DNA of 32,840 bases. Origin: Squatina squatina (taxonomy: Eukaryota). Positions 22,780-32,840 of this stretch are shown here, one piece after another. The position numbers and the translations under genes were made by a program. The stretch's first letter is position 1. Each line of letters begins with the position of its first letter. The DNA lies in assembly GCA_031763465.1 (NCBI GenBank), contig JARFOE010000115.1:16185273-16218112 (forward strand), given 5' to 3'. The notes under the pieces were generated by a model, which saw nothing but the letters and a program-made list of their open reading frames with translations, ran no database searches and was not told the DNA's origin.

Positions 22780-22935
22780 CTANNNNNNNNNNNNNNNNNN
22801 NNNNNNNNNNNNNNNNNNNNNNNNNNNNNNNNNNNNNNNNNNNNNNNNNNNNNNNNNNNNNNNNNNNNNNNNNNNNNNNNNNCCAAGGTTATTCCTAATC
22901 TTAAAGACAACGCCTTCAAGAAGAATAAATGACAC

Positions 22936-23057
22936 CTAAGCAAAACAAGGGTGTTTTGTTCCTTGAGAACATTTTCTTTGCTCTTATCGAATCGTGCAAT
23001 GCCTTCTCCACGCTTCAGGAACGACTTCTTTGGGGGCACCTTCACCTCATTTATTTC
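22936..23057 (-). CDS. CENPJ-like exon with PN2-3 tubulin-binding motif: EINEVKVPPKKSFLKRGEGIARFDKSKENVLKEQNTLVLL(R)
   Basis: Acceptor ctacag|GAAATA in phase 0. FLKRGEGIARF matches CPAP PFLKRGEGLARF. The 3' boundary (CTTAG|gtgtca) is tentative. Confidence 0.85.
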
Positions 23058-23829
23058 CTGTAGAACAACCAAAGAGATTTTTTTTGCCTTTAGTTCTAAG
23101 AAATGCTTAGCTACAACCATTACACATATAATGAGTATTAAGCTTGTACCAAAACACGTTCCTTTGTAATTGTTTATCCTGCCATATTTTTTCTTGCCAC
23201 TTTTGACTCTCTCCCAACCTTCTTCTCTGATCCTGTTACTTTTCTGCACTATCCCTGCACAGAAATTCTGCTATGGTGTCAGGTAAGCAAAACTACACAA
23301 TCTTCCATAGTCATGACACTGTTGCTCCATAAGATTCCTTACCAGAGATGGATATTTGGTTGAAAGTTAAATCATTGTTTTTGAACCTTCTAACCATTTT
23401 TACTCCAGAAATATATTTTTGGCTACTGTTTGTCAGAATATCTGGTAAGTACTTTGATTTCAATGGCTGAGTGTTGTCCGGAAGTGATCGTGGCTGGGCT
23501 CCCCACTCTGTGCCAACCATGCACATCCCCCATGAGGGGTTCACTAGGTTCAAGGGAATCCTGAAGAAAAAGACCAACTTTTTCTATCAATGATTTAGCT
23601 CATCAGCTGTCATTGATTGGTTCCCTCCTAAATAATTCCACAGCTTCTCTCTGTGCCTCTCTTGCCATCTTTCGAAACGCCCACCAAGGCACTTGTCACT
23701 GCTTCCCAGCTAGCAGCAACCTCAGTTGCTCTCTCTTACTCTTTCCCCACTTTAAGCGCCTGCTGCGAGCTAATCTCGCCAACCTCCTCCCTCTTCGCTC
23801 TGCCCCTTTAGACTTCACCAGTAAATTAG

Positions 23830-24177
23830 GTATCACTGCCCCTCTCCGCATTTCCCTTCAAAATGTATATTCACTTGTAAATAAGAGCCTTGTCATCCAT
23901 GACCTTATTGTGGACAATCAAGTTGACATCATGGCATTGTCGGAAACATGGTTAAGGGGTGATGATACTTTTCCCCTTAATGAAGCTGCCCCACCTGGCT
24001 ATACGGTTCACCATATTCATCACCCAAACCGCCGTGGTGGTGGTGTAGCCCTTATATCTAAATCACTCCTTGGTCTATCTCCCGACTCCTCGGGCAACTT
24101 CTCCTCCTTCGAGCATCTCACCTTGTTCCACCCCCCTCACCTCTCTTTTTTAAAATCCTTGTTCTGTACCACCCACC
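23830..24177 (+). mobile_element. L2-clade LINE APE endonuclease N-terminus
   Basis: Peptide LRISLQNVYSLVNK..IHDLI...DIMALSETWL......PPGY......RRGGGVALI. Confidence 0.88.
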
Positions 24178-24557
24178 NNNNNNNNNNNNNNNNNNNNNNN
24201 NNNNNNNNNNNNNNNNNNNNNNNNNNNNNNNNNNNNNNNNNNNNNNNNNNNNNNNNNNNNNNNNNNNNNNNNNNNNNATTTACATGAGCAACCCGTCTTC
24301 AGGGACTGGGTTGGTTGCCCACCAAGTGCCACCCCACAATCCCCCCTCCATTAAAACTAGAAGTCGGTGGGTTAGGTTCGGATTAAAATTCCCCTCATTA
24401 ATACTGATCCTAGTAGCTGTCTGCTTTTGGTAGTTAAAGGTAATTAGAATTACTTGATTTCTATATATTTCTTCAATGTTGAAATTACACAATCACTTCA
24501 ACTGACAATGTTAACAAAATGTAATGCAGCATTGGCAATTAAATATGACTTTTATAC

Positions 24558-24657
24558 CTGAGGATCCTGTTGAAATAATTCTGAATCCACCTTAAGTAGT
24601 TCTTCAACAAAATCTTCAAAAGTCTTTTGCTTTTCACCAATTCCAGGCCTGATGGGT
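24558..24657 (-). CDS. CENPJ-like exon: (R)PIRPGIGEKQKTFEDFVEELLKVDSELFQQDPQ
   Basis: Read by hand. Boundaries gtttctcttag|ACCCATC ... CCTCAG|gtataa. Matches CPAP [23 protein letters not shown]. The phase-0 end fits the next exon at 23057. Confidence 0.9.
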
Positions 24658-25173
24658 CTAAGAGAAACAGTAATTGGGGTTAGATTTATTGCATCATACC
24701 CTTTATTTGTTTTAAAATTCTAATATGGGAAATTGCTGCTAATTTTCCATTAGCAAAAAATCTGCAATGCGATAGGATTTTAGTGTGAGGTTAGTGTTAT
24801 TGCAAGGACATCTTCAAAGTATGCTATGTAACAAAATTTTAAATAGAAAACTCTGATCCACAATCAGTATCAATATTTCTAGGATAAAACCTAAAATATG
24901 AAGAAGCAGATGAACAGAAAAGGTATGAGCTCCTGTGTAAAACTGGGTTCAGGTCATTTACACAGGCCTGACCATTTCCCAGTGCTGGTCCATCTCCTAG
25001 TCAGGCCTCACCCCTGGAAGCTCACTTCTGTTGCAGACCCAATAGGCTGACAAAGGGACTTACTTTGGGTCCTNNNNNNNNNNNNNNNNNNNNNNNNNNN
25101 NNNNNNNNNNNNNNNNNNNNNNNNNNNNNNNNNNNNNNNNNNNNNNNNNNNNNNNNNNNNNNNNNNNNNNNNN

Positions 25174-25342
25174 GGTGGTGGAAGCAGATTCAGTGATAAC
25201 TTTCAAAAGGGAACTTTTGTGGAAACATCTGCAGGGCTATGGGAAAGGGCAGGGGAATGTGACTAATTAGATAGCTCTTTCAAAGAGCCGGCACAAACAC
25301 GATGGGCCTCCTTTTGTGCTGTATCATTCTATGATTCGATGA
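25174..25342 (+). mobile_element. CR1 3' terminus
   Basis: Peptide VVEADSVITFKRE, then the 3' UTR and an attctatgattc tail. Confidence 0.85.
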
Positions 25343-27588
25343 AAGGAAAACCTGGCCTTCCTAACAAGCAACAGAAAGAAAAACAATACGAGAAACACAT
25401 TCTGCTTTAAGACTTTACTTGGCCACTGCTAAGTTTGCAATTGGTGACCAAAGAAATGTAACTGGAACACTCTTATAACCAATGGCTGATTACATTTCCT
25501 CAACTGTTGCATTCAACAATAATCAAGCAAGTGCAGCAACTCAAAGTATAACGCTCTCAGAACTCACATTTTAAGACCAGCAATGCAATATCCTAAGTTA
25601 TATACAATTGCATTGATACCAAGGAGTGTTTTATCAATAATTTCCAGGATACCTCTTCCACTGTATACTTCACTTTGTGCCCCACTCGATGGGCTGAATA
25701 AAATTAGCGAAACATGCCTGGACATGTCAGCAACCACAATTCAGATATTAGTTGGCAGTCTCCCAGTTTACGTGGTGGCTCAAAGTTTAAGACATCTTAC
25801 TGCAGAAGTAGAAGCTAGCCTCTGTTTATCAGAGTAAATCTAAATCCACGTGAATTTTTAAAACAAAAAAAAACTGGACCATTATTCTGTTGCTGAAACT
25901 AAAGTGACTAGTTGTACATTACGAACAGAAGTAACTGTTACTGAAGGTTGGCATGTGGGAACTAATTTTCCTTTGCTTTGTGCCTGGAGAACAACCAGTT
26001 CCCGGCACAAAGCAGCAGGAAAGAGGCTGAGATCCATGAGGCTGGTTCTCTACCTCTTTTACGATGTACTGAGATTTATGAATTTTCCCTTAGGGGTGTG
26101 GAGGGGGACGGAGTACTTGTGCAGCAGGAATAAGTGTGTGAATGAGTTGTAACACGGCCTCCTGTTTGAATGCAGGGTGGGCACCCATTTGCAAGGGTTA
26201 GAAGGCAAGAAGTTTGCCTTAGGTCTTGTGGCTAGCTCCGTACAGACTGCAGGATCTGAACGCAGGGTATGACGACCTGGAAATGCAAGACCCCTTTTTT
26301 CTCCAGCTTCCCCATAGATATTCAGGGTTGAGGGACTTCTGGCCGCTGACATTTGGACAGCAGCTAGCAGGCCGAACATTCAACAGCCATTGCAACAGCT
26401 AGATTTCTATTGTTACCAAGGCCAAGACCCCACCAAGAGGAAGTCCTGTGTCTGGCACACATTTGGCCCAGGATAATGCCCTTAACCTGCAAATGCGGGC
26501 AGGTCCAGGTCAGGTCAGGTGGTGTGTAATTCTGGTACACTCACAGGGTTTGTACCCAGGCTGTAGGGGAGAGGGAAGAAAATCAGCCTGATCATTTTAA
26601 CTTCAAAACTGCGAAAACATCACACAAGAACATCAATCTACTGTTCGCTTTTATTCAGACTTGTAGAACTCTAACTCAGGATCACTAAAAACATTTTTTA
26701 CTTTTAACTATTTATCTTTCTTTAAAATCGAAGTGTAATTGGAAGCAAAACAAAAATGATTTTAATTTTGCACCAGCACCATTCCCTGCCAAGGAGACAA
26801 GGAGGTGCCATTGTCCTAGGTTGAGGCCACTTTCATTCTTCATCTAGCTATAGAAGGTGAGCAGTAACAATCCAGGGACACCTGCCCACTGATCTTCCCT
26901 GCCTTTCTCCACACCCTATTTGTTGTGTCTCCCTGGCAGCATGGCTAAGATCGTGGAGATCAAGTTACCTTACCTCTGCATTAATCCTTGTATAAAAGGA
27001 AAAAAGCAATAAAAACAGCAACTTGAAACGCTCCTGAAACATGAATCCAGCACCAATACATAGAGCTGCGATTCTCCTCCCGGAACAGATTTCCAGCAGG
27101 CCGGTCTCCCGTCCACCCCATCNNNNNNNNNNNNNNNNNNNNNNNNNNNNNNNNNNNNNNNNNNNNNNNNNNNNNNNNNNNNNNNNNNNNNNNNNNNNNN
27201 NNNNNNNNNNNNNNNNNNNNNNTCCTCCCTTTTCAAATTGTAGACCGTGAGTCACCTGTGAAATACAGCTGGTCAGAATTGAATTGTGTAGGTTGTAAGT
27301 TTGAAATGATATCCTGAATGTCTTTTCATGTCACAGAGTTTTATTTTCTTGGGAATCCTAACCTTGGCCATCTTTATCAAGAGATTCAGCAAAATCACTG
27401 ATAGAGCAATATAGAAATGGTCCGCAGAAAGAAAGAGCATACTGGGCCTCAAAGCCTATTCTTATATTCTTCATCAATATAGTATGTAGAATTAGATAGG
27501 AGATCAGATAATACAGACCAGCACAGCACTTAAACATGCCCTCTTGGTGTGAAATTTGCATTAGAAAGTGCATGTAAAAAGCTGATGA

Positions 27589-28484
27589 TCACACAGTAAA
27601 AGATGATGGGTTGTCAATTTCGAAGTCAGAAGTGCGTCTTGACACAAAGGTTTCACTGGCACGTTTTGACAGGCTGTAGCGAAATGTAATGTACTTTTTG
27701 CTTAAACACCAGACATCTTGAATGATTTTTGAAAAATAAAATCTGAATTTAACGCCGATAAATGCATAGAGAACAGGGTTCAGACAACAATGGAAAAAGG
27801 CCAAGGACTGTGTCACTGTACGCACAATGGTCAGTTGTTTGTGATATGTACAGTCAGTGGTTTTAACTAAAACATCTTGAAGTACAATGAAATTGTATGG
27901 CACTTGACAAACAACAAATGCTGTTACTACTGCCATTACAACCCGAAATGCCTTATGCCTCTGGAAGCTCCTAGCTTGGAGGAGCGTGTTAATTATTAGA
28001 GAGTAGCAGAAAACCATGACCAATAGAGGTACACAAAAGCCCAATGTTAGTTGTATTGTCGGAGCAACCATTTTACCTATTCTTGAATAGGNNNNNNNNN
28101 NTACCTAATATCACATACCATTTCTCCAGTTGTCCCAAACTTGTACATTTTACTAAAAATGAATGTTGGCAGGGATACAACAATTCCAGCTAGCCAGATA
28201 GCTGTACAAATAATTTTACTGTAATCCAGTGCCTTTCCCCTGTAATTGAAGGACGTGGTTGCATGAACAATAGCAATATACCGATCAATACTAATAACAG
28301 CTAGCAACAACATCCCACTGTAGAAGTTGATGCTGTACACCCCCTTGAGAATTTTACACCCGGTGTCCGCAAAGATCCACCCTCTTCCTTCGTTTGCAGC
28401 CCAGTATGGTAGAGTAACTACAAACAGTATATCGGCTATGGCCAAATTCATTAGGTACATGTCAGTCATCGACTTCACCTTCTT
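27589..28484 (-). CDS. CCR6: C-C chemokine receptor 6 (N-terminus and TM1 lost in gap; 10-N gap in ECL2)
   Basis: Motifs SMTDMYLMNLAIADILFVVTLPYWA, SIDRYIAIV, QRHKAFRVV, CQVPYN, FFHCCLNPVLYAFIG and C-terminal SRRTS...DNPSSFTV. Synteny with the TCP10/UNC93A/TTLL2 block supports CCR6 over CCR7 or CCR9. Confidence 0.92.
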
Positions 28485-30446
28485 NNNNNNNNNNNNNNNN
28501 NNNNNNNNNNNNNNNNNNNNNNNNNNNNNNNNNNNNNNNNNNNNNNNNNNNNNNNNNNNNNNNNNNNNNNNNNNNNNNNNNNNNTCACCACATAGGGTTT
28601 TTTTTTAAATTAGCGGGGGGTGGGGGTGGTCAGGCAGAAAGAAGGTTACTGGGGGGATTTTCAAAGTTAGGTGATTTGAGTTTTGTGCATTTTCCCCAGA
28701 ACAATTTATTCTTTAATGTATTTGCATTATTTTATTTTTGGGAGAGTTTGTTGCGACATTGGTGTGGAATCAACAGGAGTACTCCAAAGGAGTTGATTTT
28801 TCCCCCACAGATTTGATTTGCTGCTTTTGAGGTGGGATTTTTTTCGTGAAAAAAAAGAGAACGTTTTCTCGAGAGAAAGTAGAATCTTTTAGAGGTAATG
28901 TTTTCTTGATCGACTGAAATGTCCCATTCAAGAAAACAATCAGCATGCTTGGTGCCCAGATGCAAAAATATACAGTGAACTTTGAGGAGGCGGCTATTTT
29001 GTTCAGTTGAGTTTGTCTTGTTTTGGCTTCTATACTGAAATAATGACGACAAATCAATGCAAGTTTATCAAGTGATGATAACAGTTGATTACCAGGAAAT
29101 AACAGTCAGTATATAAGACAGTAATCAAATCAAGTGGCTCCGGTATTAACCTGCAGACACAAAGCTTGATTTATAACTACTTGATTTATAAATACATGGT
29201 ATAAGAAAGTCTTGAAAGCACTTCCTTTTTTATCACTTATAATATATAAGCATTTTAAATTATATATCAAGCTTGTATTCTGTTTGGTCAGTGTACATGC
29301 CAGGAGAATCAGTCACTGTAATCTACATCCTTGATGAAAGAACCAGAAACTATCACAATTTGATTATTCTGAAAATCAGTATGTATTATAGAGAATAGAC
29401 AATAGTCATGAATATGCTGTTAATGCACTCGTGGGACTTGAATAACGTTTTTAAAAATGGCACGAATAAGCCCGAGGACTTATCCAGTCAGCCAAAATTC
29501 AGTTTGGTTATGTTTATATTTTCAGGGCTTTACTGTCTGTTACCATACATTTCATTGCTGGCACTAACTAATGCAATTAGAGCAGCCAAGGATTTCTGCA
29601 CACATCATGCAACAGGAAACGGTGTGCAATGATATTGCGAAACTAGACTACGGTCAGATGGATTTTACTGAAAAACGCATTCTTTTCCCAAGCTATTAAA
29701 ACCCAAAAATATATAGATATAAAAAATGTTAATTCTTCCAACATGATCAAATTTAAGTAAGGTTGAAACATATCACAATATACTATCTTTGGTTCTATTT
29801 TCCTCTTTTGCCGTTGACATTTTAAACTCCTAAGATTTCAAGTTTTATTTACAAGCTCTCTATTTTTATAGTCAGCAGAATTTTTCCTGTGTGTTTAAAA
29901 AGGTCTCCACCTACAATTACTTCTATCACCAAACCATTAAATTATGCTGGTGATCTCACCTTTCTAGAGGACTCTGTCTACCACCTGTCTCTACAAAGGG
30001 ATCCTCTGCATCTTCATCGGTATCACTGTTTTTACCAGAGACGCTGCTTCATGTGAAAGCAATAGAGCAGAAGAGGAAAGAAATGAAATCTGGACAATCA
30101 TGGATAGCAGAATCTTAACAGTATTTCAACATCCTTGAATGGATAAAATAATGCATTTAATTTTCACAAGCACGACCTCTGCAAATATGCTTGCTGATGT
30201 AACCTTTGCAGTTGAGCCCTGTGTGCAGTGGGTGTGGAGACTTTTAATTGCCTCCATGTGCCTTTAGCATGCTGCTTCCATTTCATTTATACTTGTTTCT
30301 AGATTAACTGATGCATTTTTACCCATGAGCACTTTTGTAATAAACATTAACAAAATGTGAAGTCTGCATGTTTTGCAAATGTGAGCACTGTGTGTGTGAT
30401 AGTGGATAGCTTAAAATCCTGCTGTTAATAATATATGGTTACACAC

Positions 30447-31030
30447 ATTGGTAGCATTTTAATTCACCAAAATGGGTGGGTTTGTGTTGGGGGTGGGAGT
30501 TAAAATTTTCAAAATTTCAACTCGCCTCAAACCTGCCCATTTCCAATTTTAATAGAGGCGGGATGGGGGTAGCGAGTGATCAATCCACTCTCAGGAGGCG
30601 GGTCATCATTGAAAGCTTTGAAGGCGACTGCGTGCCTCCATTTTTACAAGCTTTCTATTTTTAACTCATATCGGCGGGGTTTCCTGGGCTTCAGCAAACC
30701 CGGCAGATAAAAGGGGGCAAGATGGGCCGGGTCCATAAGGTAAGTGCCTTTACAGGACTGCTTGTGGGTCAGGAGGAGCAGACGTGTTTCCCCTCAGCCC
30801 ATTAAGCTTACCTATAAACCCCCCGCAATCTGTCCGACCCTTCCGATCTCTCGCGCTTGCGACCACCATCTCACCCCCCTGCGGCCACCATCTTGCACCC
30901 CTGCGATCTCTTCCCTATGCGAGCACTACCCACCCCCTCCATTACTGGACCTACCCGCTTCTCCGCTGCATCCTTCTGTGAGTACCGCCCAAAAGGCAGC
31001 CAATTAGTGAACCAGGTTGGCTGTCGGGAG
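30447..31030. mobile_element. Unclassified GC-rich interspersed repeat, likely a non-autonomous DNA transposon
   Basis: Abrupt GC/CpG-rich block with internal inverted motifs (cggcggggttt...aaacccggc) and no coding signal. Confidence 0.3.
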
Positions 31031-31140
31031 GGAAACATAGNNNNNNNNNNNNNNNNNNNNNNNNNNNNNNNNNNNNNNNNNNNNNNNNNNNNNNNNNNNN
31101 NNNNNNNNNNNNNNNNNNNNNNNNNNNNNNNNNNNNNNNN

Positions 31141-31236
31141 CCCATCGCCCCTGTGCTCGCTGACCTAGTGACACCCGGTTAAGCAACGCCTCGATTTCAA
31201 AATTCTCATCCGTGTTTTCAAATCCCTCCATGGCCT
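31141..31236 (+). mobile_element. L2 LINE ORF2 C-terminal fragment
   Basis: Peptide IAPVLADL..PVKQRLDFKILIRVFKSLHG. Confidence 0.75.
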
Positions 31237-31769
31237 GGATATTGTTCGATTACAGTTTTGCCTGCCAATCTTTGATTCCAATTTACCCGGGCCAGATCCG
31301 CTCTCAACCCAATGAAATTGGCTTTCCTCCAATTATGTATTTTTAGCTGGAACAATAAAAAAAACAATTGAAATTAACTTACAGTGTTTGTTTCTGGCTG
31401 GAACACTGCCAAAGTAAAATCCAGGTTGAAAAACTGGAGAAATTCAGTAATAAGACCAGCCACCAAGTGCCCTGTGAAGGAAGATTAAACTTCAAGTTCC
31501 ACACAAATTTATCAGTATTGTTTCAAATCATGTCTTCATTTGTTTGCTTATGTGAATTAAATTAATGCAACACTTACCATCCTTTGTGTTCAAAAACTTT
31601 TTCAAGCTCTCATTAACCAACGGTGTTTTGTTCTGTAAAGATAAATTTAAATTAATTGATTGCAGCCTANNNNNNNNNNNNNNNNNNNNNNNNNNNNNNN
31701 NNNNNNNNNNNNNNNNNNNNNNNNNNNNNNNNNNNNNNNNNNNNNNNNNNNNNNNNNNNNNNNNNNNNN

Positions 31770-31885
31770 GCAGATGGAGCCAACAGTGATGTATGCGATC
31801 CCGAGGAATGGATTCTTTCCTCCCATCCAAGAAATGGTGCTCAAGATCATTCTTTTTCGGCCAGCAAAGCTGCGCACTGGGTAAT
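31770..31885 (-). CDS. TMEM30A: CDC50-family flippase beta subunit, last coding exon (truncated by gap): [38 protein letters not shown]
   Basis: Acceptor ctgtgttcag|ATTACCCA. Matches TMEM30[39 protein letters not shown]. The paralog assignment (A versus B or C) is less certain than the family. Confidence 0.82.
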
Positions 31886-32840
31886 CTGAACACAGTATAT
31901 AGGAAGATTGCGTTGTGTTTAACGTGAAACTTTCACTTCTTGATCATTGGTTAGTATACTGACCTCATTTTAAGAAGTTCTCTTAATGCTGCTTATTTGA
32001 ACAGACTGTGTTGAGCTTACTTTTGACCACCAAAAATACCTCTTTGACCAAAACGTAATTAAAAATAAAAATTGCCCTACATCATTCTGCGCCACATATT
32101 TCTATGCTCATAGCATGCATGCAATGGTTCACCTTTCTGTAATGCTGCACTGTAACAGGTTACGCAATAGTATACAGATGCAGTATGGGGTTGTACCACC
32201 AAGTTTTTTTTACCCTTCCCTTAAGGGAAAGTGCCTAACCTCTGCTATTTGACCATGGGAGTCATCAAATCCAAAACCAATCCAGTCCAGAACTTGTCAC
32301 TGACAGAGATTAGGAGAGGGAAGCCTGGCTGAGGCGAACTGTAGCACCCCAACAGATCTGCTAACTCAGCACAGATCTGGGATCAACCAGAAACCTGTGT
32401 ATGCAGCAGTATGTTGAGTATGCATGTGGCATTTCATACACATTCTATTTTTCAAAATCAGTAAAATGCTGAAACTTTAAATAGTCTGACTTGCAAAATT
32501 CCTTTTTATTTGAGCACTGATGCCCAATTTAAACTGAATTGCCTTTCCATTAGACACTTAGGGGCGATTTTCCCTGGATACATTAAGCACTAAAGAGCCT
32601 CCGAGGTGGGCAAGATGGGGTTTTAAGCTGAATTGTTGGCTTAGCCTGTGTTTAGCACAAGACACCATGTAGGTCAAGGAGCTGAAGCTTGCGCTCGGAA
32701 CAGTTGCCCGGAGGATCGTTAGGGGGTTGATTTACAATTAAATTGCCTGCAAGTGCTCATTAAATAGGCTGCATGGCATTTTGGTGGGCAGCACTTCAAT
32801 TAACAAGCTCTCCTGACAGCGACCAGATGACCAGGAGTAA

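Noticed and set aside
22008-23249. The 413-aa ORF as one single-exon protein
   Set aside because: Its ends are intronic read-through past clear splice sites (23057 and 22096) and it spans a placeholder gap.
25583-26379. ORFs 25583..25837(+), 25904..26152(+) and 26059..26379(-) as N-terminal CENPJ-like exons or new genes
   Set aside because: No recognisable motifs, and no splice-site pair gives a phase compatible with the exon starting at 24657.
28072-28101. CCR6 pseudogene by frameshift or stop, and the small hairpin cctattc-tt-gaatagg
   Set aside because: The frame change coincides with a 10-N placeholder gap and both flanking frames are open. The hairpin is short enough to arise by chance.
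29955-30090. Possible 5' UTR exon of CCR6 (minus-strand AG|gtgag donor near 29958)
   Set aside because: A donor-like motif alone is not enough without transcript data.

Overview
Eukaryotic vertebrate DNA, almost certainly from a cartilaginous fish (shark-type Deu-domain SINEs, CR1 and L2 LINEs, Harbinger and Penelope relics). It comes from a very fragmented scaffold with 22 N-gaps, mostly 100-N placeholders, so introns and intergenic DNA are collapsed. Six genes are partly visible. Five belong to the block homologous to human 6q27: AFDN (four minus-strand exons), UNC93A (one plus exon), TTLL2 (large terminal plus exon), a CENPJ/SAS-4-like gene at the TCP10 position (five minus exons) and CCR6 (minus). 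The sixth is the last coding exon of a TMEM30A/CDC50A-type gene (minus). I see no prokaryotic-type system. The most interesting signals are: (1) the TCP10-position gene looks like a full-length CPAP/SAS-4 paralog with both the tubulin-binding PN2-3 motif and the TCP/G-box repeats; (2) a candidate 42-nt in-frame AFDN cassette exon; (3) a degenerate hammerhead-ribozyme core in a Penelope-like repeat; (4) an AFDN exon fused to CR1-like sequence; (5) two cleanly bounded MITEs with target-site duplications. Gene identities rest on recalled protein motifs, not on database searches.
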